DNA of 64,000 nucleotides from Spirochaetota bacterium (GCA_963663865.1 OY760686.1:1-64000), one strand, 5' to 3'. Shown: positions 19,091 to 29,866, counted from the stretch's first letter. Made by a program: numbers and translations. Notes: generated from the letters alone by a model not told the origin.

Positions 19091-19099
19091 GTTCCGCTC

Positions 19100-19792
19100 C
19101 TATTCTCTAAAACCGTAACCGACACCGGAAAATGTCGATATTGTCGACTTATACGGGCCGAGCTTTTTTCTCAGGTTCATAATGTGCACGTCAATTGTCC
19201 GGTCGACAACGTAAACGTCGTGGCCCTTAATGCTGTCTATAATGTTATCGCGTGTAAATATTTTACCTGGATTTCTCATAAAAAGCGCAAGAATCTCAAA
19301 TTCTGTTTTGGTAAGTCGTATGTCTGAACCATCAACCCTGAGTCCGTAGCTTTCATAGTTAAGCTCGATTCCTTTATACCGAAGAACACTTTCCCTGGCT
19401 GTTTCCTGAGCTGAAGCTCCGCACCTTCTTAAAATCGCCTTCACCCTTGACTTGAGCTCCTTGATACCAAAGGGCTTTGTCATGTAGTCATCAGCTCCGA
19501 GTTCAAGACCGAGAACCTTGTCAAACTCTTCGGTCTTTGCTGAAAGAAAAAGTATGGGGACTGAACTGAACTCGTCAGAAGCTCTCAACTTTCTGCAGAA
19601 CTCATACCCGTCAATGCCTTCCATCATTATATCCAGCACTATCAAATCGGGCAATTCCCTCGGATTCATGGCCTTCAGCGCGGTCTCTCCTGAGCTGAAG
19701 GCCGTAACGTCGTAGCCTTCGTTCTGGAGATTGACCCTGAGGATATCCTGAATGTCCTTTTCGTCATCTATTACGAATACACTTTTCTTCAT
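19100..19792 (-). CDS. phoB: OmpR-family response regulator (PhoB/PhoP)
   Basis: Receiver domain (IDDE, LDIMM, KPF) plus winged helix (RTIDVHIMNLRKKL, GVGY). Confidence 0.85.
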   Translation of the reverse strand: MKKSVFVIDDEKDIQDILRVNLQNEGYDVTAFSSGETALKAMNPRELPDLIVLDIMMEGIDGYEFCRKLRASDEFSSVPILFLSAKTEEFDKVLGLELGADDYMTKPFGIKELKSRVKAILRRCGASAQETARESVLRYKGIELNYESYGLRVDGSDIRLTKTEFEILALFMRNPGKIFTRDNIIDSIKGHDVYVVDRTIDVHIMNLRKKLGPYKSTISTFSGVGYGFRE

Positions 19793-19818
19793 GCGTTCCT
19801 TTTATTCAGTTCTTCCGT

Positions 19819-20475
19819 TTATTCGTCGCTGTGTCTGACGTCCTCACCCTTTATGAAGTATATGGCTCGTTCGGCTATGTTCGTAGCGTGATCTCCAATC
19901 CGCTCCAACCCTTTAGCAACCATTATAAGACCGAGTCCCTGGGAAAGCGTCCTGGGATTCTCCGCCATATATGAGAACAGTTCCCTGTAAACCTGCAAAT
20001 TAAGACGGTCAATCTCTTCATCACGTTCGATTACCTCCATCGCCGAGCTGACGCTTCTGTCGGTTATTGACTGAAAGGCATCTTTAAGCATCTCGATGCA
20101 GATGCTCGTCATCCTCGGTATGTCAATTAGAGGTTTTATCAGAGGCTTTCCGGCGCACGCTATTGCCTCCCTTGCTATGTTGGTTGCAATGTCGCCAATC
20201 CGTTCAAGGTCAGTGTTTATTTTTAGTACTGAAAGGATGAAACGCATGTCAGCGGCAGCGGGCTGCCTCGTAACAAGAAGCTTAACACACTCGTCGTCAA
20301 GCTCCATCTCAATGCGGTCGAGAACGCTGTCGTTCTCAATGACCTTCCTCGCAAGATCGGAATCGCCGTTTTTCAGTGAATCCACAGAAAGTGTTATTGA
20401 TTCAATCGCAAGATCGGCCATCTCAAATATTTTAGCCTTTATTCCATCTATTTCCATTTCAAGATGAGTTCTCAT
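19819..20475 (-). CDS. phoU: Phosphate signalling protein PhoU
   Basis: QPAAADMR, DLERIGD and LERIGDHATNIAE repeats. Confidence 0.95.
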   Translation of the reverse strand: MRTHLEMEIDGIKAKIFEMADLAIESITLSVDSLKNGDSDLARKVIENDSVLDRIEMELDDECVKLLVTRQPAAADMRFILSVLKINTDLERIGDIATNIAREAIACAGKPLIKPLIDIPRMTSICIEMLKDAFQSITDRSVSSAMEVIERDEEIDRLNLQVYRELFSYMAENPRTLSQGLGLIMVAKGLERIGDHATNIAERAIYFIKGEDVRHSDE

Positions 20476-20516
20476 GTCATTTTCCTCCGGGTATAAATCT
20501 TATCGTTCATTCCTTC

Positions 20517-21278
20517 TCAGCCGAACTTTCCTGTTATATAGTTCTCAGTCATTTCGAGATCCGGGTTTGTGAATATCTTCTCCGTAAGGTTCATTTCAAT
20601 GAGGTCACCGAGGTAAAAGAAGGCAGTGTAGTTGCTCACCCTCGCCGCCTGCTGCATGTTATGCGTTACTATCACAATGGTATATCTCGATTTAAGGTCC
20701 TGAATAAGCTCTTCAATTTTATGGGTAGATATCGGATCAAGGGCGGATGCAGGTTCATCCATCAGAATTATCTCGGGCTGAATCGCTATTGTCCTGGCAA
20801 TACATAGACGCTGCTGCTGGCCACCTGAAAGGCCGAGTGCCGAATCCTTAAGCCTGTCCTTTACCTCGTCCCAGAGGGCCGTGCTCTTAAGAGAACTCTC
20901 GACAATGCTTTCAATCTCGTATCTGTCCTTTATACCATTAATTCGCAAACCGTAGGCAATGTTTTCGTAGATTGACTTCGGAAAAGGATTGGACTTCTGA
21001 AAAACCATTCCCACCCTTCTCCTGAGGCTGGTAATGTCATAACCCGGCCTGTAAATAGAATCACCGTCTATAGCTATTTCACCCTCAACCCTTGTGTTGG
21101 GAATTATATCGTTCATCCTGTTAATACATCGCAGAAATGTCGACTTCCCGCAGCCGGATGGTCCTATGAGGGCAAGCACGCTGTTCTGCTCTACAGAGAG
21201 ATTTATTTTTTTTACAGCCGCTGCTGTTCCATAATAGAAGCTAAGGTCTTTAACTGAGATTTTTTCCATTTCGGACAT
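20517..21278 (-). CDS. pstB: Phosphate ABC transporter ATPase PstB
   Basis: [38 protein letters not shown]. Confidence 0.97.
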   Translation of the reverse strand: MSEMEKISVKDLSFYYGTAAAVKKINLSVEQNSVLALIGPSGCGKSTFLRCINRMNDIIPNTRVEGEIAIDGDSIYRPGYDITSLRRRVGMVFQKSNPFPKSIYENIAYGLRINGIKDRYEIESIVESSLKSTALWDEVKDRLKDSALGLSGGQQQRLCIARTIAIQPEIILMDEPASALDPISTHKIEELIQDLKSRYTIVIVTHNMQQAARVSNYTAFFYLGDLIEMNLTEKIFTNPDLEMTENYITGKFG

Positions 21279-21360
21279 CCGTATGTAAAGTTTGAATAAT
21301 ATGACAGGCCTAAAAAAGATCGGCCTGAATACTTATTGAATAACACCCTGCCAGGTCTTG

Positions 21361-21410
21361 ATTTTATAAGTATTTTATGAAGATTTTGTTAATATTAATA
21401 TTTTATGAAT
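21361..21410. promoter_or_regulatory. Pho-box-like 11-bp direct repeats upstream of pstB
   Basis: ATTTTATAAGT/ATTTTATGAAG/ATTTTGTTAAT/.../ATTTTATGAAT; 11-bp periodicity is typical of PhoB sites. Confidence 0.5.
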
Positions 21411-21703
21411 ATCTCCAATTTGGAGCCCTCAACTGACCATTTTAGCACACATTATATTCGTTTTTATAATATCTTCAAGCAGAAATAGTACAAAACCAGC
21501 CCGCAACGTTATTCTGACGATTCCTACATATACGTAAATGATTGCTGCCGCAGTTCCTGACAAATCATTGCAGGAATAAAACTGCTGCCCGAAAGAAATA
21601 TACATAAACATAAATTTTTCTTTATATTTTCTTAACTCCGGCTTACAATATTCACTTTGACCAGAGGTCATAAAAACTATCCATTCATTATGGAGGAATA
21701 AAA

Positions 21704-22534
21704 ATGGACAAAAAATTCTCAAAGGCGCTAATCCTTGTCGTTGCCGCAGCAACGGCGCTCTCAATGGCATCATGCACAAAAAAGTCTAAGGACAAGGTTG
21801 TTATCAAAGGATCAACTACGGTTCTTCCCATAACACAGAAAGCCGCAGAGGAATTCAGAAAAGTTGAAGATGTCAGCATATCTATAGAAGGAAGCGGATC
21901 GGGCAACGGTATAAAGGCCCTCCTTGATTCAAGCTGTGACATTGCAAACGCTTCAAGAGCAATGAAGGGAAAAGAACTGACAGCAGCAAAAGAAAAAGGC
22001 CTGGAGATAAAAGAAATCACCGTCGCTTATGACATGATTGTTCCTGTAGTTCACCCGTCAAATCCTGTAAAAAACCTGACGCTAACACAGCTCAAAGCTA
22101 TCTACGACGGACAGGTAAGCAATTGGAAAGACCTCGGCGGAAAGGACGAAAACATAGTAATCATTTCACGCGATACCAGCTCAGGAACATATGAGGTATG
22201 GCATGAACTTGTAATGAAGAAGGCAGATGTGCGAAAAGATGCTCTACTTCTTGCATCCAATGGCGCCATTGTAAACTCTGTTTCCAACAACCCGAAAGCC
22301 ATAGGCTACGTAGGATTCGGATATCTCAACAACACAATTAAGCCTCTTAACGTAGACAAAGTTGAGCCAACACTCGACAATGGAAAATCAGGGAAATACC
22401 CTGTTTCAAGAAAGTTATTCATGTATGTTAACGAAAAAACACTAAAGCCAAGCGCGAAACAGTTTATCGATTATATTCTGAGCGCGAAAGGCCAGGCGTT
22501 TGTAAAAGAAGTCGGATTTATACCCGTCGATTAA
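21704..22534 (+). CDS. pstS: Phosphate-binding lipoprotein PstS
   Basis: Lipobox SMASC, KGSTTVLP, GSGSGNGI, RDTSSGT; GGAGG RBS. Confidence 0.95.
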   Translation: MDKKFSKALILVVAAATALSMASCTKKSKDKVVIKGSTTVLPITQKAAEEFRKVEDVSISIEGSGSGNGIKALLDSSCDIANASRAMKGKELTAAKEKGLEIKEITVAYDMIVPVVHPSNPVKNLTLTQLKAIYDGQVSNWKDLGGKDENIVIISRDTSSGTYEVWHELVMKKADVRKDALLLASNGAIVNSVSNNPKAIGYVGFGYLNNTIKPLNVDKVEPTLDNGKSGKYPVSRKLFMYVNEKTLKPSAKQFIDYILSAKGQAFVKEVGFIPVD

Positions 22535-22559
22535 ACCTTACTCCTTATTAAACTGTTAG

Positions 22560-22599
22560 ACAAAGGGGTTGTCCTGAGAGGCAGTCCCTTTGTTTTTTT
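22560..22599 (+). terminator. Intrinsic terminator after pstS
   Basis: ACAAAGGGGTTGTC...GGCAGTCCCTTTGT stem followed by a T-run. Confidence 0.8.
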
Positions 22600-22934
22600 A
22601 CAGCGGTCATTTTACGGCGATATTCACAGGCATGGATAATGCAAACAGTCTTCTCAAGGAGATTTTGCTGATCGAAAACCTCTCAGGTTATATGCCTTTA
22701 TGATGTCTTTATTTTTTTTCTACCTGTTGCACTTCACTGTTGAATTCAGGGAGTTCATCCCAAAAACCCCTAAAAAATGCTTTGACACGGCATATTTAAG
22801 ATTAGTCTTGACATTAAACTGCCGATAATTTAAACAATCGGTAAAAGGTTAAATATACATCCTGTTATTTACGAAATCAGACAGCAGGGGCCTTGCTCTG
22901 TGACTACCGGTAAATAATCAGCTAAAGGCAGATA

Positions 22935-23945
22935 ATGGGAATAAATCCGTTTAAAGACTCCAACCTTGACGACCTCCAGCAGAACATTTCGGGGTTCCTG
23001 TATTCACGCTTCGGGGGACTGCTTCGCTCTTTAAGAGAGAAAAGACGCCGTTTCACAGCCAAGGGCAAGGAACGGATCACGGTCATGTTCATCCCTCACA
23101 CTGAAAAAAAGATTATAAATTTTCATATTTCTATTTTTGCTATATCCTTCTTTGTTGGAACGCTAATTCTGACCATCGTGATTACTTCCATTTTTATCGT
23201 AAACCACTCATCAACAATCAAACAGGTTTCGAAGCTGAAGACTTACGGAACGAATTCAAAGCTGCAGGTGCAGAAGTATAAGGAAGAAATAGGCCGTTTT
23301 CACTCCATCTTTCAGACCTTCAAGCCGGAAATAACCCATCTCTACTCGCTGACGCCAGGCAGCAACATAGACTCTCTGTGGGCCAGAGGCGGCGTTCACA
23401 GCGATGAAGCTGCTCGCGAATCAGGAGAACTTACACCTCCGATGGAGCTTCTGGACTTTCAGCAGATTGAAACCGAGCTTAAAACATCGAGAGAGATTAT
23501 CGGACAGATAAAGGAGTTTCTGAGCTACAGAAAGAAGATAATCGAAAACACTCCTTCAATCTGGCCCGTTGACGGTTACATAATCTCAAGGTTCGGCAAC
23601 AGAAACTCACCCTACACCTTCAGGCCGGAATACCACGCTGGGATAGACATAGAGGCTTTCCCCGGTTCCGAGATACGCGCCACCGCGCCAGGCAAAGTTG
23701 AGGATATATTCTGGGATTCAAACCTTGGACTTACCGTTACGGTCAGGCACAAGTACGGGTTTACGACGCATTACTCACACTGTGAGAGGGTAACCGTTGA
23801 GAAAGACCAGAAGATTTCCAAGGGTGAAGTTGTAGGTTACGTAGGCAGAACCGGCAAGACAACCAGGTATATGTGCTATTATCAGATTAAAATCGGAACA
23901 GAGTTCGTTGACCCCATCCCTTATCTTAACAGAATCGTTCACTAA
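22935..23945 (+). CDS. M23-family metallopeptidase with N-terminal TM and coiled coil
   Basis: PSIWPVDG, HAGIDI, HYSH; the second HxH-type ligand motif looks degenerate (YMCYYQI). Confidence 0.85.
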   Translation: MGINPFKDSNLDDLQQNISGFLYSRFGGLLRSLREKRRRFTAKGKERITVMFIPHTEKKIINFHISIFAISFFVGTLILTIVITSIFIVNHSSTIKQVSKLKTYGTNSKLQVQKYKEEIGRFHSIFQTFKPEITHLYSLTPGSNIDSLWARGGVHSDEAARESGELTPPMELLDFQQIETELKTSREIIGQIKEFLSYRKKIIENTPSIWPVDGYIISRFGNRNSPYTFRPEYHAGIDIEAFPGSEIRATAPGKVEDIFWDSNLGLTVTVRHKYGFTTHYSHCERVTVEKDQKISKGEVVGYVGRTGKTTRYMCYYQIKIGTEFVDPIPYLNRIVH

Positions 23946-24057
23946 TAGCTGGTGGAATCCTCAATCCCAACAGGTGTGACACGCCTGTTCATTTCATAAA
24001 AGCCCCTTAATCAACTGAAATACATCGAGTCTGCTTGCCTGTGTGGCAGCGGGATTC

Positions 24058-25083
24058 TCAGAACTCATCTTCCCGCCTGCTTGCCGCGAGGAGCTCATCA
24101 GGGACATCGGTAATCATCTCACCGATTTTTACAGCTACCCTGCTTGCGACAAGGCCGGGACGGCACTTGAATTTCTTGCGGCCGCCTATCTTCAGTATCA
24201 TATCATCGCCAATCTTCGTCTCAGGAAGCTTTATTACGTCGCCCACCGTAAGGCTCAGGACGTCCTGTACAACTATCTGCGCCTCGCCTATTTCAGCGAT
24301 TACGGGCAGAGTTACTGTTTCCAGCCTGCTCTGAATGATAGCAAGGTTTTCATCAGTCGCGCCCTTCCTGATGCTCGAATACATGTACTGCGCGGAAAGC
24401 TTTGATATTATCGGCTCAATTGATATGTAAGGAATACAGAGATTAGTCATTCCCTCAACATCTCCGACCTTTGTTTCAAGCGTAATAAGAACAACCATGT
24501 CGTTAGGGGGAACTATCTGCGCAAACTGAGGGTTTGTCTCAATGTTGCCAAGCCTGGGTCTGAGGTCTATTACGTTCGACCACGCTTCACGCAGATTGCC
24601 GAGAATCCTTACGATAATGCCTTCCATTACTGAAAGCTCTATGTCGGTAAGCTCCCTGCTGATTTTTGAAGCCTCGCCCATCCCTCCGAACAGCTTGTCA
24701 ATAATCGTGAAGGTGATAGACGGGTCTATTTCGAGTACCGCTGAACCCTTAAGCGGATCCATGTTGACTACAGCAAGTGTCGTTGGGTTTGGGATGGATC
24801 TGATAAACTCCTCATATGTAAGCTGGTCTACGGACGCCACGTGAACGCTCACAAGCGCCCTGAGCTGGGCGGAAAGCGCTGTGGTTGTCAGACGCGCGAA
24901 TGTTTCGTGCATCATCTGAATTGTTCGGATATGATCCTTTGAAAACTTGTCCGGACGGCGGAAGTCGTATATCTTGACTTTTTTCTGTTCTCTGGCGGCG
25001 GAATAGTCTGTAGTGTCGACGTCTCCCGTAGAGATAGCTGTCAACAGGGCATCAATCTCTTCCTGTGAAAGTATGTCTGTCAT
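24058..25083 (-). CDS. fliM: Flagellar motor switch protein FliM
   Basis: MTDILSQEEIDALL CheY-binding peptide, YDFRRPDKFSK, C-terminal SpoA domain. Confidence 0.97.
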   Translation of the reverse strand: MTDILSQEEIDALLTAISTGDVDTTDYSAAREQKKVKIYDFRRPDKFSKDHIRTIQMMHETFARLTTTALSAQLRALVSVHVASVDQLTYEEFIRSIPNPTTLAVVNMDPLKGSAVLEIDPSITFTIIDKLFGGMGEASKISRELTDIELSVMEGIIVRILGNLREAWSNVIDLRPRLGNIETNPQFAQIVPPNDMVVLITLETKVGDVEGMTNLCIPYISIEPIISKLSAQYMYSSIRKGATDENLAIIQSRLETVTLPVIAEIGEAQIVVQDVLSLTVGDVIKLPETKIGDDMILKIGGRKKFKCRPGLVASRVAVKIGEMITDVPDELLAASRREDEF

Positions 25084-26042
25084 CTTTTCATCCCACCTTT
25101 AACGATCGAGGCTTCGAGGCTATTAATCTGCCACATTCCTTCATTTTTTTCCAGCAAATATCTGTATCTGTATCTCACATTCCGTATCGCGCCGAATCTT
25201 CCCACATCGGCATTAACGTAGGCAAATCGCCTGTCCGAAGCATAATCTGTACCAAGCACTTCAAAGTCTATAAGATAGTCATCTCTCTCCCTTGAGAGGA
25301 ACCTGATGAAACGCTCCCTGATCTCTGCCCTCTCATGTGTGCCGGCAGAGGAGTATTGTTTAAAATAGTCTGGATATGAGCCTATCAGTTCCTCGAGGTT
25401 TAGATACTTCACCATGTTTTCCCAGTTACCGTTCTTCTCCGCAGTAAGCGCCAGCAGCACTATCTCAGACGGACTTATCTCACGGCTGTATCCGCCATCC
25501 TTGCGGCCTGAAACCTGTTCCTTTACTGAATACAGCGAAAACTCCAGCTCATTCTCGCTGTAAATCACCTGCGGAATGGAGAGATCGGGCAAAAAGTAGC
25601 ACTTGACCCTGTACTCGCTGTCAGGACGCATTTTGTACAGCTTCGTCAGGTCTACCGGGTAGATAAAGCCCTCACCCGGGTTCAGCTGAATAGTCCTCCG
25701 GGAGCATTCCGCGGCAGCTTCAACAGTAGTCTTCCCTGCCATTCTGTATGGCACAATTGACTCAATTTCACGTCCCTGCATGTCAAACACGACTGGCTGA
25801 AATGTAGTATAGTCCGGACCATCCTTGCAGCCTTCATATACAGTAAAAGATGCCTTCTCATTCGACCTGTTTTTTATATGCACGCGAAGCGTCACATCTT
25901 CAGCTTCAGTGAAGCGTATCTTATCCATTCTGAGGATTGCATGCAGGCCCTGAACCGGGCCGGTAGAATCCGCTTTCACGCTGACCTGGCTTCCGGCAGC
26001 CAGGATACAGCATAACAATATTGTAATATAGCCTTTATACAT
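25080..26042 (-). CDS. Hypothetical exported protein, translationally coupled to fliM
   Basis: Signal peptide; stop overlaps the fliM start (ATGA). Confidence 0.75.
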   Translation of the reverse strand: MYKGYITILLCCILAAGSQVSVKADSTGPVQGLHAILRMDKIRFTEAEDVTLRVHIKNRSNEKASFTVYEGCKDGPDYTTFQPVVFDMQGREIESIVPYRMAGKTTVEAAAECSRRTIQLNPGEGFIYPVDLTKLYKMRPDSEYRVKCYFLPDLSIPQVIYSENELEFSLYSVKEQVSGRKDGGYSREISPSEIVLLALTAEKNGNWENMVKYLNLEELIGSYPDYFKQYSSAGTHERAEIRERFIRFLSRERDDYLIDFEVLGTDYASDRRFAYVNADVGRFGAIRNVRYRYRYLLEKNEGMWQINSLEASIVKGGMKR

Positions 26043-26203
26043 AATTACAGCTCACCTGATACACTAAGTGCATAGAGTCCTGCTTCCTACATAATAAATC
26101 GGTCAAAACAGCGATTTTTTACAGCAATAAATCATGATTTACTCTTTTCAGGACGGCATTCCACTGCATAACATGCAAATAAATCCGGGGCAGGCTGTTC
26201 CTG

Positions 26204-26650
26204 TCAGTACTTGAATCGAAGGATCTCGCCTCTTGCGAGGCAGTCGCAACGCTCATTTTCAGGATGTCCGGTATGACCCCTTACCCAGTTCCACTGAATC
26301 TTTTTCCCCGAAGTCAGGCTTAAAAGCTCCTTCCAGAGATCCTGGTTCTTTACCGGCGCCTTTGAAGCCGTTTTCCAGTTATTCTTCTGCCAGTTGAATA
26401 TCCACTTTGTGATACCGTCTTTCACATAAACTGAATCTGTGGTAATGGTGATTGCCGCGTCTACAGCTCCGGTGTATTTCAATGCCTCAATGACTGCCAT
26501 GAGCTCCATGCGGTTATTGGTAGTCTGCCCCTCGCCGCCTGAGAGCTCCCTCTCAGTGCCGTCATCATTTACTATCACGGCGCCCCAGCCTCCGGGACCA
26601 GGATTACCGCTGCATGCCCCGTCTGTGAATATCCTTATTCCGCTCATCAT
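26204..26650 (-). CDS. rnhA: Ribonuclease HI
   Basis: FTDGACSGNPGPGGWG, TTNNRMEL, VRGHTGHPENERCD; start moved to the ATG after GGGGGA. Confidence 0.97.
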   Translation of the reverse strand: MMSGIRIFTDGACSGNPGPGGWGAVIVNDDGTERELSGGEGQTTNNRMELMAVIEALKYTGAVDAAITITTDSVYVKDGITKWIFNWQKNNWKTASKAPVKNQDLWKELLSLTSGKKIQWNWVRGHTGHPENERCDCLARGEILRFKY

Positions 26651-26819
26651 ATCCCCCCTCAAATTATGCATTAACAGTGAAACTGTATTGGTTCAATTCG
26701 ATCTCAATAATGTCACCCATTTTTCAGGGTTTGTTTTTAAACTCTCCAACGAATACGCGGTTTTTTAACTTTTTCTATTGACGAACTTAACCATGATACA
26801 CGACAATAGAAAAAAGATG

Positions 26820-26918
26820 TCTTATCGAGAGTGGTGGAGGGACTGGCCCCGGGAAACCACGGCAACCGTTTCAAAAGGAACAGGTGCCAAGTCCAGCGGA
26901 AGTATCCGGAAGATGAGA
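26820..26918 (+). ncRNA. SAM-I (S-box) riboswitch
   Basis: CTTATCGAGAG-TGGTGGAGGGACTGGCCC...CGGCAACC...GGTGCCAAGTCC...AGATGAG consensus, directly upstream of metX. Confidence 0.95.
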
Positions 26919-27028
26919 CAGCAGCATTCATGCCATTAAGCAGATTAGCCGCTGTCCGAAGCTGGAAGCGGTGACACTCCAGCCGTCATACTTCTCGCAT
27001 ATACAAACCTATTGCAGGATAAGAACGC

Positions 27029-28204
27029 ATGAACAGGGAAATTCCTGCCGATTCAGTCGGCCTGGTAAAAACAAAATACTTCACTTTCGGCTCAGAAGCA
27101 AAACCGCTGAATCTTGACTCGGGACGAGAACTCGGCCCGGTAACCCTGGCCTATGAGACATACGGCCGCCTGAACCGCAAAAAAACGAACGCGGTGCTTA
27201 TACTGCACGCGCTTTCAGGGAGCGCTCACGCTGCAGGATATCACTCTCCTGACGACAAGTACCCGGGGTGGTGGGAAACATACATTGGTCCGGGCAAAGC
27301 ATTTGATACCGAAAAGTACTTTATCATTTGTTCAAATGTGATCGGAGGCTGTTCCGGTTCCACCGGCCCGGCATCGGAAAACCCGTTAACCGGCAAACCC
27401 TACGCTCTCGATTTTCCTCTCGTAACGGTTGACGACATGGTACGGGCCCAGAAGGAGCTTGTAGACAGCCTTGGCATTGAAAAGCTGCTGTCAGTTGCCG
27501 GCGGTTCGATGGGAGGGATGCAGGCTCTTTCGTGGTCAATACAGTACCCTGAAATGGTTAACTCCGTAATCGCTGTAGCCACCTCAGGCCTTGTGTCCGC
27601 ACAGGCTATAGCCTTTAACGAAGTCGGCAGGCAGGCGATTGTAACAGACCCCAACTGGAACGGCGGAAGCTACTATGGAGACAGCATACCGGCTACAGGC
27701 CTCTCTATAGCCCGCATGATAGGACACATCACCTATTTAAGCGAACAAAACCTACATGATCGATTCGGACGTAACTTTCAGGACGCCGACCCGGACGCAT
27801 TTTCTTTCAATACTCAATACATGGTGGGTTCATACCTGAGGCATCAGGGAGACAAGTTTGTAGACCGCTTTGACGCCAACTCATATCTCTATATTACCAG
27901 AGCGATTGACATGTACGACCTGAAGAAGAGTCACGGCAACAGCCTCATTGAGGCTTTTGAGAAGGTAACCTCAGACTACATGATTATAAGCTTCACTTCC
28001 GACTGGCTTTTCCCGAGCGGGATGTCGCGCGATATAGTCAAAGCTCTCAGGTCTAACGGCAAGAATGTTGCCTATACAGATATCGAGACGGATAAGGGCC
28101 ATGATTCATTTCTTCTACCAAGTGATACAATGGAAGACATCATCAGAAATTTTTTAAAAAGCGAGTTTAACAGGATAAATGCAAGACATGACAAGCAGCA
28201 ATAA
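27029..28204 (+). CDS. metX: Homoserine O-acetyltransferase
   Basis: HALSG, GGSMGG nucleophile elbow, SDWLF, GHDSFL. Confidence 0.95.
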   Translation: MNREIPADSVGLVKTKYFTFGSEAKPLNLDSGRELGPVTLAYETYGRLNRKKTNAVLILHALSGSAHAAGYHSPDDKYPGWWETYIGPGKAFDTEKYFIICSNVIGGCSGSTGPASENPLTGKPYALDFPLVTVDDMVRAQKELVDSLGIEKLLSVAGGSMGGMQALSWSIQYPEMVNSVIAVATSGLVSAQAIAFNEVGRQAIVTDPNWNGGSYYGDSIPATGLSIARMIGHITYLSEQNLHDRFGRNFQDADPDAFSFNTQYMVGSYLRHQGDKFVDRFDANSYLYITRAIDMYDLKKSHGNSLIEAFEKVTSDYMIISFTSDWLFPSGMSRDIVKALRSNGKNVAYTDIETDKGHDSFLLPSDTMEDIIRNFLKSEFNRINARHDKQQ

Positions 28205-28814
28205 CTACGAACGCATAGGATATGATATCATTTACGGTCTGATACCGACAGGATCAAGAATACTCGACCTCGGATGCGGGGACGGGACTCTGCTCTATCA
28301 GCTACAAAAAGAAAAGGGCGTCAGCGGCTATGGAGTTGAAATCTCCGAAAAGGGGGTCAGCAAGTGCGTAGAAAAAGGGCTCTTCTGCTATCAGGCCGAT
28401 ATTGACGACGGTCTGGCCGACTACCGCGACAACTCATTCGACTACGTAATAATGAATCAGACAATCCAGAGCATAAAAAAGCCCGAGTTTGTCATCAGGG
28501 AAACACTGCGAATAGCCCACAGGGTAATAGTCAGCTTTCCTAACTTCGCTCACGTTTCCATACGCCTGCAGTTCTCGCTGCGCGGAGAGATGCCAAGGTC
28601 AGATATTATCCCCTACGAATGGCACGATTCGCCCAATATTCACATGCTCACAATAAGGGATTTTCATAACTTCTGCACCGAGAGAGAATATCCAATTCTG
28701 AGCGAGCACCACTTCAACATGTCAGGAGAGAGCTCGAAGAGGGTGTTTTTACTGCCTAATCTGAGGGCCCATTACGGGTTCTTTCTGCTGAATGGAGACC
28801 GGTTCCCCGGTTAA
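28179..28814 (+). CDS. metW: Methionine biosynthesis protein MetW
   Basis: ILDLGCGDG SAM motif, SFPNFAH, WHDSPNIH; follows metX (start may be 28188). Confidence 0.93.
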   Translation: MQDMTSSNNYERIGYDIIYGLIPTGSRILDLGCGDGTLLYQLQKEKGVSGYGVEISEKGVSKCVEKGLFCYQADIDDGLADYRDNSFDYVIMNQTIQSIKKPEFVIRETLRIAHRVIVSFPNFAHVSIRLQFSLRGEMPRSDIIPYEWHDSPNIHMLTIRDFHNFCTEREYPILSEHHFNMSGESSKRVFLLPNLRAHYGFFLLNGDRFPG

Positions 28815-28815
28815 A

Positions 28816-29682
28816 CTACGCCGTAAGAATCTCGAAGCCGTCTTCTGTTACAAGCACGGTATGCTCCCACTGGGCCGACAGGGAACCATCGACTGTAACG
28901 GCTGTCCAGTCATCATCAAGGAGTCTGGTCTCATATCTGCCGGAATTGATCATTGGTTCGATTGTAAAGGTCATATTTGGGAACATCTTGATGCCCCGGT
29001 TTTTTGGACCATAATGATGGACATGCGGCTCTTCATGAAACTTAAGCCCTATCCCATGACCGCCATAATCCCTGACAACTGAAAAGCCGCTGTTCTTAGC
29101 GTGCTTCTCAATGGCGTGCCCAATCTCCCCCATATCATGGTAAGGCATTACCTGTTCAATACCGATTTCCATACACTCACGGGCTACATTAACAAGCTTA
29201 ACAGCTTCAGGAGAGGCCTCGCCGATTACGAACATCCTGCTCGCGTCTCCGTAGTAGCCGTCAAGGATAGTGGTAATGTCTACATTAATAATATCGCCGT
29301 TTTTCAGTATTGTCTCATCTGGAATGCCATGACAGATTACGTTGTTCAACGAGGTGCAAACGCTCTTCGGGAAGCCGTTGTAGTTCAGGGGCGCCGGCAC
29401 CGCTCCATTTTGAACAATATATTCATGCACCCATGTGTTTATTTCCTCTGTTGTGACGCCTTCCTTTATTCTGTCAGCGACCATATCAAGAGTTTTCCTG
29501 GTCAAGATACAGCTCTTTCGTATTCCTTCTATCTGCGTATCAGTTTTAATTATAACACCGGGGTTTGGCCTCATAGCAGGAAGCTCACCCTTGTTGTTTA
29601 GCATATCTGACTCCATATGACATTTTTTGTATTTTTTCCCGCTTCCGCACCAGCACGGGTCATTTCTTGACAACTTTCTCAT
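28816..29682 (-). CDS. map: Methionine aminopeptidase type I with N-terminal SEC-C motif
   Basis: RNDPCWCGSGKKYKKCH; CTSLNNVICHGIP, GHGIG, EPMIN, SAQWEHT. Confidence 0.95.
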   Translation of the reverse strand: MRKLSRNDPCWCGSGKKYKKCHMESDMLNNKGELPAMRPNPGVIIKTDTQIEGIRKSCILTRKTLDMVADRIKEGVTTEEINTWVHEYIVQNGAVPAPLNYNGFPKSVCTSLNNVICHGIPDETILKNGDIINVDITTILDGYYGDASRMFVIGEASPEAVKLVNVARECMEIGIEQVMPYHDMGEIGHAIEKHAKNSGFSVVRDYGGHGIGLKFHEEPHVHHYGPKNRGIKMFPNMTFTIEPMINSGRYETRLLDDDWTAVTVDGSLSAQWEHTVLVTEDGFEILTA

Positions 29683-29866
29683 TTAACGCTCCATACCCCC
29701 CCCAAGGGGACAGCCTCAATACTTTGACAGTAATAATAAATTCAGCTCTCTGTCAAGCAATTGGCTGCGCTTGCTGATACCGCCTAAAGAAGAGCCCCTT
29801 TCGGGGCCCAATGAGAAAGTGATTATTTGAAGGGGTTGATATGAATAATAGCTGATTTTACTACAC

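Noticed and set aside
26737-26931. 64-aa minus-strand ORF
   Set aside because: It is antisense to the SAM-I riboswitch.
28816-29682. SEC-C motif fused to methionine aminopeptidase beside metXW
   Set aside because: This is a known fusion in many bacteria, and the convergent orientation gives no evidence of co-regulation.
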